NCBI RefSeq assembly: GCF_009834535.1
Contig: NC_045697.1
Span: 101,434,001-101,498,000 of the forward strand
DNA length: 64,000 nt
From: Camelus ferus
Taxonomy: Eukaryota
Direction of reading: 5' to 3'
This document shows, piece by piece, positions 38,640 through 50,795 of this stretch (its first letter is position 1; each line of letters starts with the position of its first letter). The position numbers were made by a program, and so were the translations under genes. The notes under the pieces were generated by a model. The model did no database searches, had not been told where the DNA came from, and was given only the letters and a program-made list of their open reading frames with translations.

Positions 38640-41600
38640 TTTCTCCTTTAAGGGAAGTGTTGCCTCCATCCCCTTGAAATCATTAATTTAGATAATTCCC
38701 AAAGGAATCTCTGATCAAAGCCACATGATCTAGAAAACTTCTCACTATTTCCTTTAATCAGCTTAACCAAAAGAACGCCGCCAAGTCGATTTCACGTAGC
38801 TCTGCAAAGGGCTATTTTGAGGCCTCTACCGCACAATTAGGACACCTAGCTGGTACTGCTGCCAATGCAGAAGACAAGACTTACTCAAAATATTGCAATG
38901 TAAGAGAGTCAGTTTGGAAACCATGATTTAAGAACACATATTATACTGCAATCCAACTCTTCACTCTATGCTGGGGCTACATCCATCAGTGTTCACTAAG
39001 AGTACAAAGACAATTGGAAAAAAAAAAAAAGTCAAGTTGCTCCTTGATATTCCATTGGCCTTATGGCATACCAACTATAACAAGACACTTCCAGGAAACA
39101 AGACAGTGGTTACAACTACGCCTTACACAAGAAAAATCCCACAGCAGTGGCAGATACACAAACAATATAGTTATGATAATAAAACTTCATAAGCATTTTT
39201 AAAAGCTCCTATTGATCTACAAGGGAGTGATATCTAAAGTAAATGAGCAAATCTTGATTCAGAAGACAATTATGCCTGAGACTCGGAAGATTCCTTACAT
39301 TTTTCCCTCATATCTTCATGTGGGTCTAGGTACATACGGCATTTAAAGTTGTGAAAAACAAAAGCTGTGTGCATCTTGCACACAAAAATGCAATTACAGC
39401 AGCATCATTTGGATTTATCTAAAAATAAATGTTTAAACTGAGATTACTTGTCTAATAACCTCATTTCTTAGCCTGAATATGAAAGCATGTATATTTATGA
39501 GTATGTTCTAAGGAGCTCTATAATCATGGATTTCTAACTCAATACAACAAAGTAGCAACAAAATGGCTATGAAGCTGATTCCCTAAGACTTTAGAAAGAC
39601 AGATAGCAAGTGTTGAAAAATTAAGGTACAGAATACAGAAGAGACAGATACAACTTTCAAGTGAATATTAATATTTAACCTGAGATTATTTAAAACAGAT
39701 CATTTCTGTCTATTAGAATCCCCATGGTTGTGAAAGATAAGAATTTATTCCACACCGATTACAAAAATTATGATATTTGTATATCTAATATTAGTACCAG
39801 CTAGGAATTGCACATTCTGAAATAAGAAAATGTAACAGACATTCAGGAAGCATTTTACTCACTAATTATGATTTCATAATTTTTAAACTTTGTATTCTCA
39901 GATGTCAGGTAAACCTGACAGCTGACATCCACTCCATTGCTAAGAAATATGAGATCAGTTTGCACCTGTTTCTTTGTCTTTAGGAGAATTGCCCCTAGGG
40001 TTTTGCCTCAAAGCAGTGAAAGTTACCTCTGTTACCCATGTGAGGATTTATATTACTTTTATTAGCAGAAACTCCCTGGTCTCAGAAAGGAAATGAATTA
40101 CTTTCAATTTTCACAATTTAGAACAAATATCTGTCTTTTCTCTCAGCTCAGTGATTTTCTGGTGCACACAGCTCACATATAATATCATTATGTTAAATTC
40201 AAATTTAACTAATGAGTCTATGCTATGAGTATTTTGACAAAAAACTTATGAGAAATGAAGTCATTCAGTCAATTTGCAACCCCAAAGTGAAGCTCAAACC
40301 TAACATTTAAAAAGTATTTTCTGCCTATAACTTTGACCATGTGCTTCTTTAAACAGCTAGAGGAACAATTCTAAACTTGGTCTGCCTGGTTTTTCCCATA
40401 CTTTATCAAAGGATCAAAAGCAAAACACAGTTAAAAAGATATACAACCTAACTGGTCATTAATTTATCACAAATAAATACTGATCTGCCTAATCAAAGAG
40501 AATAGTCTCTTAAAATAAGAACAGTATTTCAATCAGCACATATGTTTGCTAACAACACGGGAGATCTTGACTCTTCGTATATACATATCATAACCTTTCA
40601 AGGACAATGTACCAAATCACATTTTAAAGAAATACGTTGAAAAGCATTGCACTGCAGTAGTTACTTACATTACTACAAATCCAAGAGGTTCAATCTTCAG
40701 CGCCCAAGTACGTATGTATTACAAAGCCACCGATTATCTCCTTTGATTTCATACCAGTGCTTTACTGGGATATATCGCAAAGGAACACAAGATAATGCAT
40801 TTCTCGGTCTATTAAGGGAGACGGTGCCCACTTACCCAGTCCTCTTTTTACTCAACTTCTTGCACTAGCCAGCTGCCCTGCTGGTGATTCCTTCCACCTT
40901 GTATGCTGTCTTAGCATTGTCCAATAACCACTACTGCTGGTCCAGGACCCACTAAGAAAATTCCTGTTGCAAGCAAGGACTTTGAAGTGCAGTCGTACAC
41001 CTATATACAGGCTACCTAGTGCCCATCCTGAGGGGAAGACAAATCTACACTCTGTCTTCCAGGCTTTCACTTATTTTATAGAGCCACACCTTCACAAACA
41101 AGTTCTGTCATACCGAGAGGAAGGAGATATGCAAAATGTAATGTAATGACCTTAAATAACACATCTCAGAAAGAGGGAGGAAACCTAGTTCCGGAGAGGG
41201 GCGGGGGGGAAGTGGAGAAGACAGGCAAAGTGAATCCGCATCATTAAAACAAGAGTAATAGAAAACCCTCCCGGGTTTTTCCAGTAAGTTTTATGCAGCG
41301 GCGGCAGCAGCAACAACAATCTAATCAATATGCTCATCCTCACCCTTATACCTCTTGTCCCCAGACAGAACTGCCGGTGCCTCTCCACTGTGCGGGGGCA
41401 GAAACCACTACCCAAAAGGCAGGAGATTTCAGAGGCAAAAACAGGTATGTGGAGCTCCAGCATCCTGATCTCAGTCCCAGCTACAAGCCTGAAAGTCCAT
41501 TCAGGAACCAGCCCCTGGCTCCTAACACCCCCGGCCTGGGCCCTCCTGACCAGAGGTGCCAGAGAGCTGCGGACCTTGCAGCGCAGTTTTCAGACTCCAA

Positions 41601-42335
41601 ACAACCCCCACCACCACTGCGCCCTCAAGCCACAGCCCCCGCTTTCTAACGCCTCTAGAGAGACCTCTCCGGGGTAGGACAAGAGATGCTAGGTGGCCAA
41701 GAGGAGACGTACCGGGCTTCTTTTCCAGAATGAGTTGCTGGGAGTGGGATTGGGGGTGCTCATGGAGAGGAGCTCTTCAGAAAAAAATCTAAAAACGAGG
41801 CAACTGAGACCCCAGTATCAGTCACCCTTACTCCCACTCCCACCCCCACCCCCCGCGTTGAAGACTTCTGAGGCGGGTATCGGCGGCAGCTTTGCGGCCG
41901 GGATGGGGATGAGAGCGAGCCCCCCGGGGCCACCGCAGCCACTCCAAAGGGACCGCGCAGGTGGGCGCCGCCTTGGAAGGTCAGTGAGGCCAGAGTTCAG
42001 TTACCCGGGGCCCAGACAGTGTGAGGAGGTGAGGGTGAACGTGGACCCGAGCGCGGGCCTGACCGAGGGGCGCGCGGCCAGAGGGTCCCCGGGTGTCAGG
42101 GGTACCCCGGCCACCGAGGAGAGGCAGCACACCACACCCCTTAGGCGCGAGGGGCTATCGGGGCTACAAGACTGAGAAACTTGATGCCAAAACAGACAAG
42201 CACCCCCCGCCAAGATGTGCCCGCGCGCTCTCAGACCCGCTCCAACGCCTCCCGCCTCCCGCCTCCCCCACCGCCCCCCACCCCACCCTACAACCCCCCC
42301 CCCCCAGAGCCCTCGGAGCCTTGGCGGGTAATTAC

Positions 42336-42425
42336 CTCTCCCGGAGGCAGAGTGGGGGGCGGCAGCGGCAGCAGCAGACACTTTTAGCCTGACTTTCCGG
42401 CGTTCGCGGGTGAGCGTGTGCACGC
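42336..42425 (-). other. Non-coding first exon of an unidentified minus-strand gene (5' end approximate; may extend further upstream)
   Basis: Donor GAG|GTAATT at 42336/42335 followed by G-runs on the minus strand. TATA element about 30 nt upstream of the inferred TSS. No ATG in the exon. Confidence 0.7.
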
Positions 42426-42445
42426 GGGGCGGGAGCTGTAACCTG

Positions 42446-42455
42446 CTATTTATAG
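42446..42455 (-). promoter_or_regulatory. TATA box / MEF2-consensus element CTATAAATAG
   Basis: Isolated AT-rich word in the GC-rich island core. Matches both TATAAA and YTA(W)4TAR. Confidence 0.6.
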
Positions 42456-43584
42456 AGCGGAGCCTTAGCACCCGGGGCTGGGAACCCGGAGGAAGCGAGC
42501 CGGCGGCGCGGCGGCGGCACAGGGCGCGGGGCGCAGGGCGCGGGCGGCGGCTCCCCGAGGCTCCCGCGCCGCCCTCCGGCTCCCGGCTCCCGGCTCCCGC
42601 CGCGCTCCCCGCTCGCTCCCCGCCCCGCCGCGCGCGCCCCAGAGAAGTTGTCAGCGGCGCGCCGCCTCTCCGGCTGCTCACACGCCCCCTGGCACGGTCG
42701 GTACTTTCTCCCCACCCCCTCCCCTCCACCCCGCCCCTCCCTGCTCCTCTTCCTCCTCCTCTGCTCGTTCCCAGCAGTCTCCTCCCAATGTCACCGGCGG
42801 CCGAATAGAGGCAGCGACGGCAGCGACAGTCGCGCAACTGGCGCAGCTCGCTTCCCGTGTCTAAGGGAGTGGAGTTGGTGCCCCTGTCGCCCAACCTGAA
42901 GTGACCCCCAACACGCTTGCTCTGTGTGCGGCCGCCCCGTACCCCGACCCTCTAACGGGCCCCTCTGCCTGCGGAGACGGTCCCCAGGCTAGGCTGCTGG
43001 GAGCACCAATGCGGAGCGCTGATGAGAGGTGACCCGGGACCGTCACGCTGCGGCCGGGGCCCGGGAAACCACAGGGTTTGAACCCGCGGGAGAAGGCGCC
43101 CCAGGCCCGGGCCACTGGCAGCGCCGGCTCGGACCCGGGGGTCGGAGGCCGGTAATGGGAGGCCATGGCCCCGGGTTCCCCGGACTTCTGCCTGCGACCA
43201 CCCTGGGACCCGTCTCTCTTGCCACTCCTCCGCCTCCCTCGGCTCGTGTTGAGGTCTGGTGGGGGAGACCCGGACCCTGGCGAGGCTTCCAGCTCAGCGC
43301 AGCCTCGGCCACCTACCGCCAACCCCCACGTCGTGGCTCGGTGACTGAGGCCGAGCTGCTCCCAACAACCGTGTGATACGCCTGTGGCAGCCTGGGTGCG
43401 CGGGGACAAATCTACACTATGCGTGTTTGGGGTGTCAGGAAAACAGGGCATGTAATCGAGCAGTCTGAATAGAGGCTAAAACTCCCCCACTTCCTCGCCA
43501 ACAAGCCCACGGGCGAAGGCACGCTGCCTGACTATTCCGGGCGGTGGGGTGTGGGGCGAAGGACTGCCCATCTGCGCCTTACAG

Positions 43585-43598
43585 GTGCCACCTGGCGG
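43585..43598 (-). promoter_or_regulatory. CTCF-like site at the island edge
   Basis: Minus strand CCGCCAGGTGGCAC. Confidence 0.55.
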
Positions 43599-45489
43599 TT
43601 CTCGTGGAGAGGTTTCGACTGAGCTGCTCACAGGTAATGGTGCTGCTGGGAAAGCCGAGCTCCAGTCCAGACACGCATCCTCCTCCCTAAGGACACTTTA
43701 AATTCACATTTTAAATAAAATGAAGATGATGGTACATGCGGGTTCCCTTTGTCACGCAGAGAGACTGGAATCCTAAAGTTAAGATGGTGAAATCGACTTG
43801 GGCTAAGTCATTTCTTACAGTTACACAAAGTGGGAAGCTGGAGCTGCCCCTAGCTGTCACCCCTGCTGTCACTTCCTGCATCTAGGCATCCATTCACTCC
43901 GCAAGCATTCAGCTGCCACTGGGTTATAAGCTTTATCGATGAGAGCAAAGACACTGGTGTTTGGTTTGGGGATTGTTTTTTTTTTTTTTTCTTCCCATCA
44001 CTCGTAGAGCTTGGAACAATGCCTAACATGCTGTCGCTTCAATAAATGTTTACAGAATGAATTAATAAACACTCTGGGCCAGAAACTGTGCTTGGCCCAC
44101 TGTCTCCCTGCAGCCCTCACCTTTCCTTCTCTTCAAGCTCTTTCTGCTACACTCAGCCACAGTCTGCCGTGAGCTGGATGGAGTGAAGGAGGAAGAGGGC
44201 CAAAAGAGACAGGCAGTCCAGGTGGTCCTGCGAGGATGTGGATCACACTTGAGGAGCCCATTACACAATTGAATTTCTCCTCCATGGCTAGTGCTGAACA
44301 CACCCATTTTGGAAAAAAGAAAAAGAAAAACAACCACCTGTGTTGTACTTGGGGCTTAAAGCAATGGGTAAGTTCTGTTTGTAGAGATCTGTCTGCAAGA
44401 TGAGATGACTTTCTCATTGGGCAAGAGTTTCAGCCTTTTCTTAAGATACAGAAAGACTGGAAGAATAGTAGGACATCCAGGTGCCAAAGCTTTGCCACTA
44501 AGTTGAAAAGATGTTTACCATACCCGTCCTTTAACTTTAAGTGGAGTCTTGGTGCACGTGTGCAATTGTGCATGTGAGTATGAAGGTTGCCACACTTCCA
44601 GAAGTACTAAAACATTCTGTCTAAAAGATAGAGTTGAAAAATAGATGTAGCAACTGTCTTTGTGGAAATGAACACTTAATGTGAGATACCCAGAAAACCC
44701 TCTTGTAATTAAAACACAAATATATGCTGGCCAAGACCTTGCAGACCTTTTACAGGGCTGCTGTGGGAAATGGGACATATCTGTGCACATCATCTAGGAA
44801 GTTTAAATTCTGGGGAAAGAGAGAGAGTGAATCAGATGCATATACCACATGACATTTTAAAAATCCATCAGTCAGACTGATATTTACCTTTTTTAGTTAT
44901 TTGGCAGTGTCTTCCTTGAATAAGCCTGGCTTCCATGACTTATTAAACTTATTCAGCATCCACTTTTACAAACCTCGAACTTTTAGCCACTTGTGCCCCC
45001 CAAACATAACTCTATTTGCCAGTGAAGGACAAAATATTTTTCATTTCCTTTTGAAATATCTTTGTAGGGCCAGAGGTCAAAGGTGATTCCAGTAGTTACC
45101 TTGCTGTCTAAAGCAATAAAATCAAGCCAGAATCTGCAGGGCTGGCATCACATTCTCCTTTTTAGTGAAGTGGCTCATACTTTTTCATTGTATGGATTCA
45201 TTGTTCCTGGAGATTTTTATTTCAGGTAAGACTGGTATGGCACAAGAAGGACTCTCCACTTTTGTGAGCCTTTACTATTAAAAATCTCTTCCAAAATATA
45301 GCACCAAGTATGACATAAGGGTTTTTTGTTTGACGGTTGTTCATTTATATTCATGATAACTTTATAGATCAAGTCAGTTTTCATCCCAATTTTTAAAAAT
45401 TTAACATTGGAAGAGTGACATTTTGACACACTTACATTAAGATCATCTCTTATGTGTGCATATATATGTGTGTGTGTGTAATTAAATTT

Positions 45490-46000
45490 GTTAGTGATGT
45501 TACTAGAAATAGAAATTTGACCCAACTTAAGTAAAAGGGGGGAACTTGTGTAAGATACCCAGCTATCCATGGAACCTAAGACAGGAATGCAACCAGGCAT
45601 CAGCAACAGCTTGGAAACAGGGATATGTGTTAAGGACTTTATCTCTCCCTTTTCTCCCACAACCCTGCCTGCTCTGTTCTCTCTCTCTCTCTCTATCCCT
45701 CCCTCCCTCTTCCATATCTCTCCCCCCATACATTGACTTTCTCTGCTTCTCTGGTGTGCACTCAGTTGCATGGTCACCAACAGCTCTTGAATTTTATAAC
45801 TCTTCAGCTAGTTTCAAATTCTCAAGGAAGTGCCATGATTGGCTGCCAAGCTCCAGTCCAGACAACCATGGCTAGGGGCTCACGGTCCAGTTGCATTCCC
45901 ATAGCAGTGACTACAGCAATCAGGTGGATAATAATGGTGAACTGAGGCAAGAAGGGAAAGGAAAAAAATCCCAGAACATGGGGAAGAGTATAGGTCCTTC
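45490..46000 (-). mobile_element. Very old MaLR/ERVL-type LTR
   Basis: aacttaagtaaaaggggggaactt...atggtcaccaacagctc...ccatgattggctg; weak similarity. Confidence 0.4.
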
Positions 46001-46870
46001 CTGACCACTCTTACCTCCAAATCCTTGTTGTTCCATGAATAATGGCACAAAAGGCAGAAAGAGGCGGGGAGGAGAAACTTTAGCTGCCACGACATCTGTG
46101 TGTGTGGGTGCATATGCATGTTTAAATACTGAGTGAGGTGGAATGCCTCCTGCTGACGGTGATGCTTGAAGATGCTGGTCCCCGTAAAAGTAACAGGATG
46201 ATTTTATGATCTCTCAATGTGGGACTAGATGTGCGTGAGGACAGAATCAAGTATTTCACAGATAGTTTGCTTTAGCTTTTTTTTTCATGACAAATTAAAT
46301 AAGAGATCTTTTTAAATGAAGAAAATGAGTGTGATACCATTTACATTTATTGAAGATAAACATTCTGCTCTCTCATTGACATAATAGTTATTTCTAAAAT
46401 GTATATAAATCATATATTTGAAATTGAACCATAGTTCAAATATAATCAGATGGTGAATCTTAACATTTTTTTTTCTGGTCAGAAACCCCTTGGAGAATTT
46501 CAAGAGAACTGTGGACTTTCCCCAGAAAAGATATGAGCAGACACACACATGTTGATAGTGGGATGATATATGACATATTTATTGGAGATCTGGAACTTCT
46601 AACATTGTGTGTCTTTTGAATTCCTCCAAGCAACCCCATTTGAACAAATGAAACAAAGACTGCAGATTCTTCAACAAAGGATTCAAAATGCCCAGTAAGT
46701 ATAAGTTAAAAAATTGGCCGGGAGTAGGGAGTGCTGGGGCAGGTGTGACCTTGGGGAATGCATTCCCCTCCCACCACCCCTGCTCTGAAGGAGATGCACA
46801 GGAGGTGGAGGCAGGGGAAGAAGAGAGCTCTTAGAAGGATGGGAGAAAGTTGCAATGTGGGGAAGAATGT

Positions 46871-47554
46871 TGTACATTAATTGCTAGGTCTGTCATAACT
46901 AAACACTACGAACTGGGGGGCATGAACAACAGAAATTGATTTCTCACGGTTCTGAAGACTCGAAGGCCAAGGTCAAGGTGCTGGCAGAGCTGATTTCTCC
47001 TGAGGCCTCACTCCTTAGCTTAACAATAACCACCTATCTTTACATCCTCATGTGGCCTTCTCTTTCTGTGCAAGCTCTCTGTGTGTCTAAATAGCCTCTT
47101 CTCATAAGGACATGTTCAGATTGCATTAGAGCCCATCCTGACAGCCTCATTTTTTTAACATTTTTTATTGAGTTATAGTCATTTTACAATGTTGTGTCAA
47201 ATTCCAGTGTAGAGCACAATTTTTCAGTTATACATAAACATACATATATTCATTGTCACATTTTTTTCACTGTGAGCTACCACAAGATCTTGTATATATT
47301 TCCCTGTGCTATACAGTATAATCTTGTTTATCTAGTCTGCATATGCCTATCAATATCTACAAATTTTGAAATCCCAGTCTGTTCCTTCCCACCCCCCACC
47401 TCCTTAGCAACCACAAGTTTGTATTCTATGTCTATGAGTCCTGACAGCCTCATTTTTAACCTGATCATCTATCTCTGAATACAGTCACATTCTGAGGTAT
47501 TGGGGTTAGGGTTTCGACATATGAATTTGGGGAGACACAATTCAGCCCATAACA
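46871..47554 (-). mobile_element. MaLR solo LTR (MLT1B-like) interrupted by L1
   Basis: aacaacagaaattgatttctcacggttctg...cagtcacattctgaggtattggggttaggg...cacaattcagcccataaca. Confidence 0.85.
47155..47438 (-). mobile_element. Young camelid-type L1 3' end
   Basis: Perfect 19-bp TSD tcctgacagcctcattttt (47136-47154 and 47439-47457); ttattgagttatagtcattttacaatgttgtgtc. Confidence 0.9.
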
Positions 47555-49269
47555 ACACGCACTGCATCAAACTCCAAGAGTCTGGGGGTGAAGGTAGGAA
47601 TACAGACTTCCCTTTTATATTAAGAGAGCCCAAGAGTTTAAAAATAAAAAGTTGTACTCAGTATTCCCATTGGAGTCTTTGCAAAACCCCGGTCTTAATG
47701 GAAGAACCCACAACACAAGGGTGTAAAGTGGAAAAATAAATGGTAGTATGTTTTTTCTAGATTCTAAAGGGCTGAGGATTAACGCCTTGCCAGCCCCTGG
47801 GCTTGCTCACGGTGCCTTAGTGGTGACCAAGGGGCTCCTGTGAGCTGCAGGAGGCCTGGAAGTTCTTTGGGAAACACAGCCAGTGGGACATGAAAGAGAC
47901 CACCCAGGAGGGCAGCCAGACGCAGGACCAAGCAAGGGTGTGGCCTGTTGATCGGTACGCGGAGACCTGGCTACAGTTCTGTGGCACTGCCAGACCAGGC
48001 ACGGGGCCAAAGCAATGAGCTCAGAACAGTCAGCGGCTGTGCACTAGGGCGATGCCGTGCGTCACTCACACCTGGAGAACAGAGGCCAAGTCATCTCTGC
48101 AGAAAATGAGAGGGGTCATCAACACCCAGACATGTCCCGCCAATGTCACGATGCTTCTAAGTCTCCCCTGGACCAACAAGCTACCCCAGAGGAGACAGAG
48201 AAGGAGGAGAGGGAGCAGCGGTACCTTCAACTGGGTGAGTTTTAAACCAGGATGGACTCGGTTTAGAAGACTGGCTGGGACTATGAAAACTAAAAGTTTT
48301 CTGTTTCTGCGTACAAATGGGTGCTCATAAGTTAATTTTATTGTAGAAAAATTATGTTCTACTTTTTATACTTGAGATTTAAAGACTCTGCTGACTTTTA
48401 AAAATATATCCTTTATACCTCACATTTTTAATGCATTTTTCAAGTACATAGATTCCTCTGGAATAGCATCTATGAATCCAGAGTAAGAATATTTGCCCTA
48501 AGGGATCTGGTTTTTAAAATCTGGTTGTATGAAGAATCTTTTCAACTGAAAAGATGCTGCTAATATGTATAATTTTCCACTAATGTATTATTTGAAATTC
48601 TGTTTTCATAAAGAGTGTCTGTACGTTACAGCACAATAGCTCACATGATTATGTTTAGTAAATGCCAGAAAAAGAACAGAATCATAAATGGAGAAATTAT
48701 AGACCATCACTGGGTAAAGATAGCTGTATTCAAGGAGTAGAGGTGACAGTATTATGCCACTTCACTTTGAGAAATATAAAGCTTTTCATTTTAATAGAAG
48801 CCTTCAAAATGAAAACATCTGAGTTGTTTTTCTTCCTCCTTATTTTCCAGCAAGTACTTTATTACCTAAGAATGTCACCAGTGGCATACAACAAAGGAGA
48901 AACTTACATACCAGACATATTTGTAGGGAAGGTTTGTGGTCAGCAGAGCCACTGATTGTAGCGATATTCCTGAATATTTTGTCACATCTTGTTCAGCAAT
49001 GTCTCTATCTTGCATTCCACTCTTCAACACCCAGATAGACCCTTCTCCCTCTGTTTTCAAAAACTTCGCTACATCCAGTCTTCCTGTCAATTGACCATCC
49101 TGGGTCCCTTCTTCATATAATCAAACTCTCTCATCTCCTAGTGACCTGATTTAGGCTGGAATAGACCAGCTTTGATCACCAGAGTAAGTCAGAAGAATTG
49201 CACCCAACTGTATCTCCCAATTAAACCTGTATCTCCAGAGACCCCACCCATCAAGGTTTCATTTGTTCA

Positions 49270-49510
49270 TCAAGAGAAGATTTGTGCTTTGAAATCAGAC
49301 AAATTAGGGCCCCATCATGGTGCTCCCATTCACCAGCTGTGTGACCTTTTGATGAGTGCCTTAAAATGTCTAAGTTGGCTTCTTTATCTGAAAAGTGGGG
49401 ATAACATTACCTACCTCAAAGACAGAATGGTTGTGAGAATCCTTTGTGACACCATAAGTTCACGAGATGAGCTGGCATCCGCCTTGCACAATGTATCCAC
49501 CCAATAGCCC
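49270..49510 (+). mobile_element. MIR
   Basis: ttcaccagctgtgtgacctt...tttatctgaaaagtggggataacattacctacctca. Confidence 0.65.
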
Positions 49511-49794
49511 CTTGCCAAGACTGAAGAAGGTGGACATGGAAGGGGAAAAAGTGGAGTTTCAACAGGACACCTTCTCATCTTTATATTTGAGGCTCGGTAT
49601 TTCACTATCACCTACAAAATGAAATTTGTCGCAGAGGTATTGGTCAGCACCTGTGAACAGCAGCATCATTCCAAAGAAGCTAAAGGAGCTATAGTCTTTG
49701 GCATCTGAGAGGAGAATTTCCCACAAAGCTTGAAATAGAAACCTCCTGCAGAACCACTTCTAACTCCCAGTTTATCTTTACAACTGCCTCCCCT

Positions 49795-50260
49795 ATTAAA
49801 TTCCAACAAGCATTTAGTGAGCACCTACTATTCTGCCAAGAATTACATGAACTTCTGGGAACAAAAAGGTAAAGAAGGAAGGAAATTTGTTTACAGAGAG
49901 CACATCATTTAGTAGGTTTAGACTTGATTTTCCTAAACCTATTCTCTATTATTTATTTACTACTCAATTTAACATCACATTTATTGAGTGTCTCATACAC
50001 ACAGGGTGCAGGGATGTGGCAACTCAGGGAAGAGCATAAAATTTAGCTGAGAGAACAAAATAAGCATAAAGGACAAAACGAGGAGAGAGATTAATCTGAC
50101 ACGCCATGAAAATCAGACCAGAGAAGTCAAATCTAGTTGGAAGGATCAGAAAAATCCTCATGAAGGAGATGATGTTGGACATGTGAGGGATTTGGGGAAA
50201 CATAATTGGCACAAATTCCACAGGGAGGCATTTCAGTGCAGAGACCAGGCCAGTCCACCT
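49795..50260 (-). mobile_element. L2 3' fragments
   Basis: caacaagcatttagtgagcacctacta; acatttattgagtgtc; aaaatcctcatgaaggagatgatg. Confidence 0.6.
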
Positions 50261-50664
50261 GATGAAAACAAAAATGCTCATCCTTCAGAGCAGGTCTCAC
50301 CAACTCCCAGGGGACCATCCATTTAGCCGTCTTCCTTGCTTCCCCAGCACCAGGAACCTGCCTCAGTTGTATCACCTACTGCATTGGATTTGTTGACCCC
50401 TATGTCTCCTTCACCGGGTCGTAGGCTCCTCCTGAGAATAGAAACCATGCTTTATTTATTATTTATTTATTTAATATAACAGATATGAAGGTTCTAGAAA
50501 ACTCTGAGCATCTGGAGCTTAGGGAATTTTACATTTATTTATTTTTAAATCAAGTTATATCCAACTTGAACCTCTCATCATATTTGCTGAAAAATCTGTT
50601 AGTTTTTAGGGTCCACTTCACCTCTTTTGGACCTTCTGCTTGGAAGGGGGTTTACTTCGTCCTG

Positions 50665-50795
50665 AGGTGTCTTCTGACCCCTGGTTTCCTCAAAGTCATC
50701 AGGAACCTTAGAGTCCCACGTAGCGCATGAAGGTGTCTTCTGACCCCTTTCTTCCCAAAGTCATCAGGAACCTTAAAGTCCCACGTAGCGCATGA
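50665..50795. repeat. Two-copy tandem duplication (66 + 65 bp)
   Basis: aggtgtcttctgacccct...caaagtcatcaggaacctta(g/a)agtcccacgtagcgcatga occurs twice. Confidence 0.95.

Larger units (their letters stand above)
41850..43620. promoter_or_regulatory. CpG island promoter
   Basis: Very high GC and CpG density, multiple GGGCGG boxes, CCAAT near 42785, sharp contrast with AT-rich flanks. Confidence 0.95.

Noticed and set aside
38352..38691. ORFs with PSFL/EGRK repeats
   Set aside because: Translations of the GGAA microsatellite.
32170..40845. Isolated minus-strand GTAAG donors (about 32180, 32215, 35998 with ATG|GTAAGT, 37040, 40835)
   Set aside because: Their frequency is compatible with chance in an AT-rich intron, and acceptor or compositional support is weak.
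42414..42425. Gene identity SLC39A10 (suggested by an MRE at the TSS) or ELOVL5
   Set aside because: The large His-rich SLC39A10 coding exon 2 and the ELOVL5 MEHFD start exon were not seen in the window. No symbol can be supported without a search.
41693..43451. Long ORFs (297, 196, 160, 132 aa) across the CpG island
   Set aside because: Low-complexity Gly/Arg/Pro/Ala translations on both strands, mostly non-ATG starts. This is the expected stop-codon depletion in GC-rich DNA.
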